Positions 25,792 through 33,422 of a stretch of DNA of 43,175 nt are shown one piece after another. The notes beneath the pieces are model-generated. The model did no database searches and was not told the origin of the DNA. It worked only from the letters and a program-made list of their open reading frames with translations. The translations under genes were made by a program, and so were the position numbers. How positions within the stretch are numbered: the first letter of the stretch is position 1; each line of letters begins with the position of its first letter. The stretch is from Chitinophagaceae bacterium. Lineage in GTDB: Bacteria; Bacteroidota; Bacteroidia; Chitinophagales; Chitinophagaceae. The stretch covers positions 1 to 43,175 of the forward strand of contig DATJGC010000068.1 in the NCBI GenBank assembly GCA_035495345.1, written 5' to 3'.

Positions 25792-27750
25792 ATGAGAACT
25801 ACTATGAAAACCCTTGCCATTGCTGCGTGCAGCATACTTTTTAGCATGCAGCTGCTGGCACAGCAAACAGCGAAAACGCTATCCTATTCTTCGGCCCCGG
25901 GGGGGATTATCGGCTTTTTAGAATTTAAGCCTTCAGATTACGGCACACAGAAACATCCATTGATCATTTTTCTGCATGGCATTGGTGAAAGAGGTAATGG
26001 CACCACGCAAATTAATACAGTGGCCAACAATGGCATACCTTATTACTGCGCCAATGGAGCCACCATGCGTTTTACCGTGGCTGGCCAAACTTCTTCTTTT
26101 GTGGTGCTGTCACCGCAGCTGAGTACCACTTATGGTTATTGGCCAACTTTTTATGCCAAGGAAATGATCAAATATGCTAAGGCTAACCTGCAGATAGATA
26201 CCAACCGTATCTATGTTACCGGTTTAAGTCTTGGCGGAGGCGGTATCTGGCGACTGATTACCGATGCACAGGGCTTTGATTATACGTATGATAAAGGCCT
26301 TGCGGCCGCTGCACCAATCTGCGGTACGCAGGAAGAAACCGATGCAGATTTTTACGGTACCATTGGTGCCAACCATCTGCCGGTATGGGCTTTTCACAGT
26401 ATGGATGATGGCGTTGTAGGTGTAGGCGCTACACAGCATGCTGAAATTCTCGGCAATATTGTAGGCGTTAACAGCCCTGCTATTAAATTTACGTATTACC
26501 AGAGCGGTAATCATTCCGGTGCCTGGGTAAATGCCTATGATACCGGTCATATCACACGCACAGTAAACGTAAATGGCAGCCTCCAGAGCTTTACCGCCAA
26601 TCCTAATTTGTATGAATGGTTTTTGAGCAATACAAGGGCAGTTAACACGCCCCCTGTGGCATTGGCCGGCGCAGCACAATCTATTACACTGCCTTCCACT
26701 ACCGCCACATTAAATGGCAGCGGCACGCCTACCAATGGCGCCAGCATTGCTACTTATGCCTGGACAAAAACCAGCGGTCCGGCCGGTGGCACCATTACCA
26801 CTGCTAATGCCGCTACTACAACCGTCACCGGTTTATCACAGGGCGTATATGTTTTTACGCTTACCGTAACAGACAACCATGGTCTTTCTGCCAGTTCTAC
26901 TGTTACTATTACCGTGGTGCCTGCACCAGTGGCCATCGCTGGTCCGCCACAAACCATCAGCACTACTTCTACCGTGCTGGATGCTGCAGCTTCCTATTCT
27001 CCAAATGGCTCCATTACTGCTTATAGCTGGACGCAGGTTGCCGGCCCCGCGGCTGCTACCATTGCAAACCCCAGCTCTGCCACACCCATTGTATCCAACA
27101 TGCTGGCGGGTAGTTCATATTCTTTCCAGCTTACCGTTACCGATGTACTGGGTGCCAGCGGATCTGCCGTTACCGGTGTTACGGTAACCATGGCCGCGCT
27201 GCCGGTAGAGTTTGCCTACTTCAACGCACAGAAAAATACAGCTGGTAACCTTTTACAATGGGGTACTGCCACCGAATTAAACAATGATTATTTTGTGGTA
27301 GAACGCAGTGAAGATGGTAGTCATTTTGCCAGCATTGGTAAGGTAGCGGGCGCTGGCAGCAGTACGATGCCGCACAGCTATAGTTTTACAGACAGTAAAT
27401 CATTGGCTGCTACCAATTACTATCGTTTAAAACAGGTAGATAAGAACGGCAGCTTCACACTGTCAAAAGTAATTACAGTGCGCAACGACAATTATACCGG
27501 TGGCAGCCTGGTATATCCTAACCCGGTATTGGCAAGCATGTCTGTTACCATTGACAACGAAGTGAAAGGAAAAGGCCAGATTGCTGTGTACGATGTTATG
27601 GGCCATACCGTAAAACAGGCATCGCTGAGTAAAAGCGAACGTCTGCTCAGCACATCCATCGCTATGAATGATCTTGTGCCGGGTATTTATATGGTGGAAG
27701 TAAAGATTGGCGATGCTTTCAGGATCACCAAACGCGTAATGAAACAATAA
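25792..27750 (+). CDS. T9SS cargo P4: COG4099-type alpha/beta-hydrolase + 2 PKD-like repeats + pre-CTD beta domain + type A CTD
   Basis: The signal peptide is MRTTMKTLAIAACSILFSMQLLAQQ. Hydrolase motifs are FLHGIGERGNG, GLSLGGGG, HSMDDGVV and GNHSGAW. The CTD reads VYPNPVLASMSVTI... Confidence 0.9.
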   Translation: MRTTMKTLAIAACSILFSMQLLAQQTAKTLSYSSAPGGIIGFLEFKPSDYGTQKHPLIIFLHGIGERGNGTTQINTVANNGIPYYCANGATMRFTVAGQTSSFVVLSPQLSTTYGYWPTFYAKEMIKYAKANLQIDTNRIYVTGLSLGGGGIWRLITDAQGFDYTYDKGLAAAAPICGTQEETDADFYGTIGANHLPVWAFHSMDDGVVGVGATQHAEILGNIVGVNSPAIKFTYYQSGNHSGAWVNAYDTGHITRTVNVNGSLQSFTANPNLYEWFLSNTRAVNTPPVALAGAAQSITLPSTTATLNGSGTPTNGASIATYAWTKTSGPAGGTITTANAATTTVTGLSQGVYVFTLTVTDNHGLSASSTVTITVVPAPVAIAGPPQTISTTSTVLDAAASYSPNGSITAYSWTQVAGPAAATIANPSSATPIVSNMLAGSSYSFQLTVTDVLGASGSAVTGVTVTMAALPVEFAYFNAQKNTAGNLLQWGTATELNNDYFVVERSEDGSHFASIGKVAGAGSSTMPHSYSFTDSKSLAATNYYRLKQVDKNGSFTLSKVITVRNDNYTGGSLVYPNPVLASMSVTIDNEVKGKGQIAVYDVMGHTVKQASLSKSERLLSTSIAMNDLVPGIYMVEVKIGDAFRITKRVMKQ

Positions 27751-27755
27751 TTAAA

Positions 27756-28349
27756 TTACCTGAAAGGTTTATAAAATGAAAAGGTGGCAAGTTCCAGCAT
27801 GGGCTTGTCACCTTTTGTATCTCCATAACCCAGTATTTCATCGTAGGCACTGAGATCATAGGCCTGGCGGATGCGTGCTACTTTCTCCTGTCCATGGCAA
27901 TTACGGTTTTCAATCTTACCGGTGATACGCCCTTCCTTCACTGCTAACTTTGTGCCCAGCAGTTGTACGCCGTTGGTCTGGCACCAGTGCTGTAACCAGT
28001 TTTCTGCAGAGGCGGAAACAATGACCACCTCGGTACCCGCTGCCAATAGTTTTTTTATTTCCAGCAAAGCCTTTGGTCTTACCAGTGATGGCAGCGCTGT
28101 TGCTGAAAACTGGTTGCTCATTTCATTGAAGCGCTCCTGCGTCATCCTCCCAAAAAAATATTGCATCATCCGCTCTTTAGCGGCCTGGTTAGAAATGAGC
28201 CCAGCCTTCCATGCAATGATGAAGGGTGCATTGAGGATAAAACCCATGTAGAACCTTGCAGATCCTTTGCAGTATTTTATTATTTCCAGGAAACTGTCTT
28301 TTGTAGTAATGGTGCCGTCAAAATCAAAAAAGGCGATTCTCTTTTTCAC
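27756..28349 (-). CDS. HAD-IB family phosphatase
   Basis: 197 aa. HAD motif I is FFDFDGTIT and the C-terminal motif is GYGDTKGDKPML. The GTG start overlaps the stop of the upstream SDR gene by 4 nt (GTGA). Confidence 0.8.
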   Translation of the reverse strand: MKKRIAFFDFDGTITTKDSFLEIIKYCKGSARFYMGFILNAPFIIAWKAGLISNQAAKERMMQYFFGRMTQERFNEMSNQFSATALPSLVRPKALLEIKKLLAAGTEVVIVSASAENWLQHWCQTNGVQLLGTKLAVKEGRITGKIENRNCHGQEKVARIRQAYDLSAYDEILGYGDTKGDKPMLELATFSFYKPFR

Positions 28350-29077
28350 AGCTTCATCTTTTTAAACTGGAATTCCGGTATGTTTCTGATGATGAGCATT
28401 ATCCACCGCCACATCCACCGCACATACACGGTATTTGTTTTTTTCTGTACCGCATTGTACACGGCATTGCCTACTTCTTCGGGTGACGCGGTTAGTACGG
28501 CGGGCAACTGCAGTGACTCTGTCATTCTGGTATATACAAAGCCGGGTTTTACTGTTACCACATGTACATTGTCGTTAAATAATTTATTCCTCAAGCCATC
28601 CAGGTAGGCCGTAAACGCCGCTTTGCTGCTGCCATAAATCAATTTGCTTTGCCTACCCCGCTCACCTGCCACTGAGCTGATACCGGCAATGCAACCGCTT
28701 TTTACAGACTGGTAATACTTTGCCGCCACTGTAAGAATAGACACAGCGCCGGTAAAATTGCTGTTGATCATTCTTTCGGCTACGGACCAGTCGTTATACG
28801 CCAGCTCCTCGTCTTCCATCACACCAAATACGCAGATGGTAACCTCCGGTTTTACGGGCAATTGATCAAAGAAGGCAGCGTGGGTGTTGTACTGCAGCGC
28901 GTCAAAGGCATGCAACGTACAGGTTACATTGTGCCGCAATTGCAGGTCTGTCTGAAACGCAGTGAGCCGGCTGGTATCTCTTGCTGCCAGTTGCACGGCG
29001 TATTTGTTTTTAGCAAAAGTTCTTGCAATTGCCAGCGCCATATCAGATGTAGCGCCTAAAATTAAAACAGTAGGCAT
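28346..29077 (-). CDS. Short-chain dehydrogenase/reductase, DprE2-like
   Basis: 243 aa. The N-terminus is VLILGATSDMALAIA and the catalytic region is SSVAGERGRQSKLIYGSSKAA (YxxxK). It also has VVTVKPGFVYTRMT and a C-terminal amphipathic tail, RWIMLIIRNIPEFQFKKMKL. Confidence 0.7.
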   Translation of the reverse strand: MPTVLILGATSDMALAIARTFAKNKYAVQLAARDTSRLTAFQTDLQLRHNVTCTLHAFDALQYNTHAAFFDQLPVKPEVTICVFGVMEDEELAYNDWSVAERMINSNFTGAVSILTVAAKYYQSVKSGCIAGISSVAGERGRQSKLIYGSSKAAFTAYLDGLRNKLFNDNVHVVTVKPGFVYTRMTESLQLPAVLTASPEEVGNAVYNAVQKKTNTVYVRWMWRWIMLIIRNIPEFQFKKMKL

Positions 29078-29140
29078 GTGTAGGTCGGTTGTTTATTTTT
29101 CCTTTTACTGAAAATGATCGTGTTCGGGCAAGCATCGTTC

Positions 29141-30031
29141 TTAAAATACGGTATTGTCTTTCCAGTACAGGAGCGCCACAAACCCAGCCACCCAGAGCAG
29201 GAGGGTGGCCTGTATAAAGCGGTCTTTGTACAATACATCTGTAGGAGAGCCCGCGGCATTCTGCACCAGCGTGATCTGCAGGTAACGCATGAGGCCGGCA
29301 ATAACAAAGATGGCCGTATAATACAGGTGATAGGTACCTGTATGTGCAATGGTTACCGGTGATACGCAATACATGATATAGGCCATGATGATGATGGCAC
29401 TGAACATGGCCAGCATGGTGTTCAGGAAGTCTACATTGTATCCCTTTACGGCTTTGCGCATGTCTGCACCGGTCTCCAGTTTTAAAATAATATCATCTCG
29501 CCTTTTGCCAATGGCCATAAAGAGCGCCAGCAGCAAGACCATCAGGTTTAGCCATACAGAGACATCAATATTGGCAACATACCCGCCAGACTTTACACGC
29601 AGTGAAAAACCAATGGCCACAATCAGTATATCCAGCACCGGAATATTTTTAAGGCCGAAGGAATAACCCAGGTTCATGGCAAAGTAGAAGGCAAGGATGG
29701 AGATAAAACGCAGCTTGGCATCTGCTATATAGGCCAGCGTAAAACCGGCCACCAGTATCACTGCAGCAATAATTAACGCGGTTGCTGGTTTTACTGCACC
29801 GGAAGCCAGCGGCCTGAGTCTTTTTTTAGGATGCTTTTTATCATCTTCAATATCCCTGTAATCATTGATGATGTATACAGTGCTGGCAACAAAACAAAAA
29901 GCAAAAAAAGCCGCCACCAGGTGTTCCAGTCGTGAAAAGTCAAACAGCTTTCCACCAAAGAAAACAGGCAGAAACAGGAAAAGATTCTTAGCCCAATCTT
30001 TTGGTCTAAGTAGTTTGATGATGGGTGGCAT
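29141..30031 (-). CDS. UbiA-superfamily prenyltransferase, polyprenyl-phosphate phosphoribosyltransferase-like
   Basis: The track ORF starts at TTG 30067. I prefer ATG 30031 (MPPIIKLLRPKDWAKN). It has the Asp-rich motif NDYRDIEDD followed by KKHPKKRLRPLASG, and 8-9 TM helices. Confidence 0.75.
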   Translation of the reverse strand: MPPIIKLLRPKDWAKNLFLFLPVFFGGKLFDFSRLEHLVAAFFAFCFVASTVYIINDYRDIEDDKKHPKKRLRPLASGAVKPATALIIAAVILVAGFTLAYIADAKLRFISILAFYFAMNLGYSFGLKNIPVLDILIVAIGFSLRVKSGGYVANIDVSVWLNLMVLLLALFMAIGKRRDDIILKLETGADMRKAVKGYNVDFLNTMLAMFSAIIIMAYIMYCVSPVTIAHTGTYHLYYTAIFVIAGLMRYLQITLVQNAAGSPTDVLYKDRFIQATLLLWVAGFVALLYWKDNTVF

Positions 30032-30139
30032 ATAACGCTTGGTTGTACGGGCGCCAAGATACTCCAATAATGCTGACTGTACAATACCACTTTGCAGGAT
30101 GGGTTGGGTTTGCTACTTTTAGCCGCGAAATTAACCGCT

Positions 30140-31741
30140 ATGAAGAAATTACTCGCTATAGGAGAAGTGTGCCTGATTATACTGCTCGCGTTCTTCCCGC
30201 TCTTTGGCAAGTTTCCCTATAGAATTAATATTTTCTTATCGTACGAAGGCGCCTACCGCATGTCTGAAGGGCAATTGCCCTATAAAGATTTCGGCATACC
30301 GCTGGGCTATATGTATTGGGTGGTGCCTGCGGTTTTCTTCAAACTGTTTGGTCCGTACATGATCAGCCTGGTAAAGGCGCAGGTCTTCCTCAATATTATT
30401 GCAGGTCTCTCTTTCCGCTCCATTCTGAAAAGCCTTTCGGTGAATGCAGGGGTACGTTTCCTCTGTGTATTGTTGTTTATTATCTCTTACTCTTTCTTCA
30501 ATTACTGGCCCTGGTACAACCATACCGTTATTGTGTATGAACTGGTGGCCCTGGCCATGCTCATGAAATTTATCTTCAGTCCGGGTACGCGTTGGCGTTA
30601 TGCCTGGCTGGTGCTGAGTGCAATATTTGTTTTCTTCTCCTTCTTTACCAAGCAGGATGGGGGCGGATTGGCGCTGCTGATCTGCCTGGCCCTGCTTATT
30701 TATAATGCAATCTATGAGCGCGACTGGAAGCAACCGCTGATTTTTGTGGCCAGCCTGCTGCTGACCGGTTTTTTAATGATTGCGCCTTTTTTGAAATACA
30801 ATTTTGGCTACTGGTTTAACCATGGCCAGCCACCCCATACCTCGCGTTTTTCCTTTGGCGATATTGCCGAAGACTTCTTCAACAATTCTCCCTGGATACG
30901 CTTTTATATTTTTGTGATACTCTTATTGTTGCTGGCCCGGGTAAAAGCATTCTGGCCGTTCTTGCGTAACAAACAACTGATGATCTTTACGCTGCTCACC
31001 TTTGGTATACTGGCCGAAGCTGCCATCTTCCAAACCACCAGCTATATTCCGGCAGACAACAATATCTTCTTTCACAGTTTTGCCATTGCTTTTATTTTGG
31101 CGCTGCTGGCAGAATACCTGCCGGTTGATTTTGAATCGTTCAAAACCATTGGCATCGCCGGCATTGGCATGCTGCTATGGTGGAGCAACGTGTATTGGAA
31201 ATATGTTTCCAAATACATTGTACCTGCAGAACCACCCATTGTAAATACAGACGGTATTGTAAATAAGAAGACCTACCTGATACAGAAGCCCGATACCTCT
31301 GATGTGCCGATGGATCAGTGGCGAACACCAAAGCTGGCTTCTTTTAAAAGGATGCTTTTGCCAGGCCCCACCGTAGATGGCATTGAAAGGCTGATGAATA
31401 TGCCACTCGTTAAAAACAACCCGCATTTAAAAGTGCTTAATATGACGGAGCTTACTCCCCTGGCGTATGAAATGAAATTCAGCCTGGAAAGAAGTCCTGC
31501 GTATCCGCTTTGGTTTCATAAGGGCGTGGGCATGTTTCAGCAGCAGACAGATATGTTTTGCGATAGAATCAAAAACAACTATTATGATCTTGTATTGTTT
31601 GAATACATTCCGTTCCTGAATAATTTCTATCCCTTCCAGGTGAGGGACCAGCTATTGCAACACTATAACCGGGTAGATGTTTTTACGGCACCCCGCAAGC
31701 CTTCTATACAGGCTTGGGTGGAGGTGTATGTGAGGAAGTGA
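30140..31741 (+). CDS. Large polytopic membrane protein with a C-terminal soluble domain; candidate GT-C-fold glycosyltransferase
   Basis: The track ORF starts at TTG 30092. I prefer ATG 30140 (MKKLLAIGEVCLIILLAFFPLF). The first loop has GQLPYKDFGIPLGYMYW. About 10-12 hydrophobic helices run to ~aa 370, followed by a ~170-aa hydrophilic tail. It is divergent from the UbiA operon. Confidence 0.55.
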   Translation: MKKLLAIGEVCLIILLAFFPLFGKFPYRINIFLSYEGAYRMSEGQLPYKDFGIPLGYMYWVVPAVFFKLFGPYMISLVKAQVFLNIIAGLSFRSILKSLSVNAGVRFLCVLLFIISYSFFNYWPWYNHTVIVYELVALAMLMKFIFSPGTRWRYAWLVLSAIFVFFSFFTKQDGGGLALLICLALLIYNAIYERDWKQPLIFVASLLLTGFLMIAPFLKYNFGYWFNHGQPPHTSRFSFGDIAEDFFNNSPWIRFYIFVILLLLLARVKAFWPFLRNKQLMIFTLLTFGILAEAAIFQTTSYIPADNNIFFHSFAIAFILALLAEYLPVDFESFKTIGIAGIGMLLWWSNVYWKYVSKYIVPAEPPIVNTDGIVNKKTYLIQKPDTSDVPMDQWRTPKLASFKRMLLPGPTVDGIERLMNMPLVKNNPHLKVLNMTELTPLAYEMKFSLERSPAYPLWFHKGVGMFQQQTDMFCDRIKNNYYDLVLFEYIPFLNNFYPFQVRDQLLQHYNRVDVFTAPRKPSIQAWVEVYVRK

Positions 31742-31763
31742 GAGAGAAATTAAAAAGTCAAAA

Positions 31764-32054
31764 TTAAAAATTAAAAAGTCTTTGGCCTGGTTGGTTTCAC
31801 GCGGCGTGCGCAATGAGGCAGCGAGCGCAAAGATGCACAAGCCTCTTTATCCCTTTCTCTCTTTGTTTCGCTTAGCCCTCTGTTAGCTCTGTTGTCTCTG
31901 TGCGAAAAAATTAAAAATTAAAAAGTCTTTGGCGTTGGTTTCACGCGGCGAGCGCATTGAGGCAGCGAGCGCAAAGATGCACAAGCCTCTTTATCTCTGT
32001 CTCTCTTTGTTTCTCTTAGCCCTCTGTTAGCTCTGCTGTCTCTGTGCGAAAAAA
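31764..32054. repeat. Two tandem direct repeat units (~147 and ~144 bp)
   Basis: Unit 1 runs 31764-31910 and unit 2 runs 31911-32054. Both start with attaaaaattaaaaagtctttggc and end with ctctgtgcgaaaaaa. They differ by a 3-nt indel and a few substitutions. Confidence 0.9.
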
Positions 32055-32066
32055 TTGAAAGGTATA

Positions 32067-32125
32067 AAGTCAAAAGTCCTTTGCTCTGTTAGGTCCAAGA
32101 TTTTTGATTTTTGACTTTTGACTTT
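32067..32125. repeat. 13-bp perfect inverted repeat of GTCAAAA-type tracts (long hairpin or bidirectional terminator candidate)
   Basis: aaagtcaaaagtc (32067-32079) is the exact reverse complement of gacttttgacttt (32113-32125), with a 33-nt spacer. Confidence 0.7.
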
Positions 32126-32463
32126 TGACACACTGTTGTCCGGTTAATCTTTTAATTGATCGGCCTCAAAGCCGGCCGGGCTTCTCACCCGCTGGCGCCG
32201 CTGTGTTTTACTTTTATGCTATAACTCAGCTGTAGTAAGCTTTTCAGCCATTGCATGGTTGAGCTGTAGTACAAAGCTCACGGAAAACCGAAGGTTCATC
32301 AATTCCATAAAGATTAATTGGCGCATTGATAAAACGAAGGCGGCTTTTGCGGGTGTTGGTGTCTGAATCGCCTTGGTAAGCCCCTTGCTCGGCGAACTAG
32401 TACCGGAGACACTTCCATAAAGCATTTAGTAGAAAAGTAACGAATGTTTCCCGGACACGAGTG

Positions 32464-32520
32464 CTTTTGAATTTTGACTTAGTCAAGCGTTTTTGACTTT
32501 TGACTTTTTACTTTTGAATT
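32464..32520. repeat. TTTTGAC/TTTTGA heptamer-like tract abutting the stop codon of the GT2 gene
   Basis: The sequence is cttttgaattttgacttagtcaagcgtttttgacttttgactttttacttttgaatt. It contains the small palindrome ttgacttagtcaa. Confidence 0.7.
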
Positions 32521-32522
32521 AC

Positions 32523-33356
32523 CTACCCCGCTGATTGCCCACCATACTTACTGTTGTTGGTAACAATTCGCTTAACACGTTTTACCAGGCCTTTCCACAG
32601 TCCGCCATCCTGCTGTATCCGGCGGTCGGTCGTCCAAACCAATGCCCTGGTATCAGTAACATAATGCAATTTGCCAAAACCTTTATCGCGCAGTTTAAGC
32701 GCCAGCCATCCATCTTCATTGGCTTCTGGCGGATGGTCGAAGCCGTTAACGGCCAGTCCCTGCGCACGTTTAAAACCAGAATTGAAACCATATACGTTCA
32801 CAGCTTCTTCCCTGAAGGCTTTATTAAACAGCCGCATCCAATCGGCCATGTATTCATAAAAAAAATAGACAGTGCGCGGTGTATTCGCCGTAGGCAAAAA
32901 AGAAAAGCGGCCATACACGGCCGTTATATCATCCTTTTCAAGCGGCTGCACCATTTGTTCTATCCAGTCTGGCGGGTAAATGGTATCGGCATCGGCATTC
33001 AGCACATATTTGCCCAGTGCTGCGGCCAGTCCGGCATTGCGCGCAGGCGTAATGCCCTGCTTTGTTTCATTGATACAGCGGGCACCCGTTTTTAGCACAA
33101 TGGCTTCTGTATTGTCTTTTGAATTATTGTTTACCACGATGATCTCCACAGAGCGGCGGGTCACCGATTTGGAGAGGCAATACAGGGTTTTTAAGATAGA
33201 GGCTTCTTCATTGTACGCGGGCATCACCACGCTTACTTCGGGAGGGCCCTGCAGCAAGCGTGCAAAGTTGTCTTTGATGTTGGCTATTTCCTTCTCCAGC
33301 ACCTCATTGGTTTGGTTATATGCCTGAATATGGGCCGGAATAGTTATCGGTCGCAT
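32523..33356 (-). CDS. GT2 glycosyltransferase (soluble, monocistronic)
   Basis: 277 aa. It has VSVVMPAYNEE and a DxD in LNADADTIY. Confidence 0.8.
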   Translation of the reverse strand: MRPITIPAHIQAYNQTNEVLEKEIANIKDNFARLLQGPPEVSVVMPAYNEEASILKTLYCLSKSVTRRSVEIIVVNNNSKDNTEAIVLKTGARCINETKQGITPARNAGLAAALGKYVLNADADTIYPPDWIEQMVQPLEKDDITAVYGRFSFLPTANTPRTVYFFYEYMADWMRLFNKAFREEAVNVYGFNSGFKRAQGLAVNGFDHPPEANEDGWLALKLRDKGFGKLHYVTDTRALVWTTDRRIQQDGGLWKGLVKRVKRIVTNNSKYGGQSAG

Positions 33357-33422
33357 GGTGTATGATGAAGGGTTTGCGCCAAAACTAAGGGTATAAGTTG
33401 ATAAATTAAAACGCCCCGCGCG

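Noticed and set aside
15262-27750. The paralog array as a diversity-generating retroelement target or as a mobile/horizontally acquired island.
   Set aside because: I found no reverse transcriptase, no template/variable repeat pair with adenine-specific differences, and no integrase, transposase, tRNA or flanking direct repeats in the window.
31764-32054. The tandem repeats might be a CRISPR array.
   Set aside because: There are only two long (~147 bp) directly abutting units with no unique spacers. There are no cas genes, and the repeat length is far outside the CRISPR range.
32131-32384. A possible tmRNA on the minus strand. The RNA would begin GGGGCUUACCAAGGCGAUUCAGAC, reminiscent of a tmRNA 5-prime end.
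   Set aside because: Downstream there is no tRNA-like 3-prime end (no GGUUCGAnUCC T-arm, no terminal ACCA context). No tag reading frame ends in the usual ...ALAA-type sequence.
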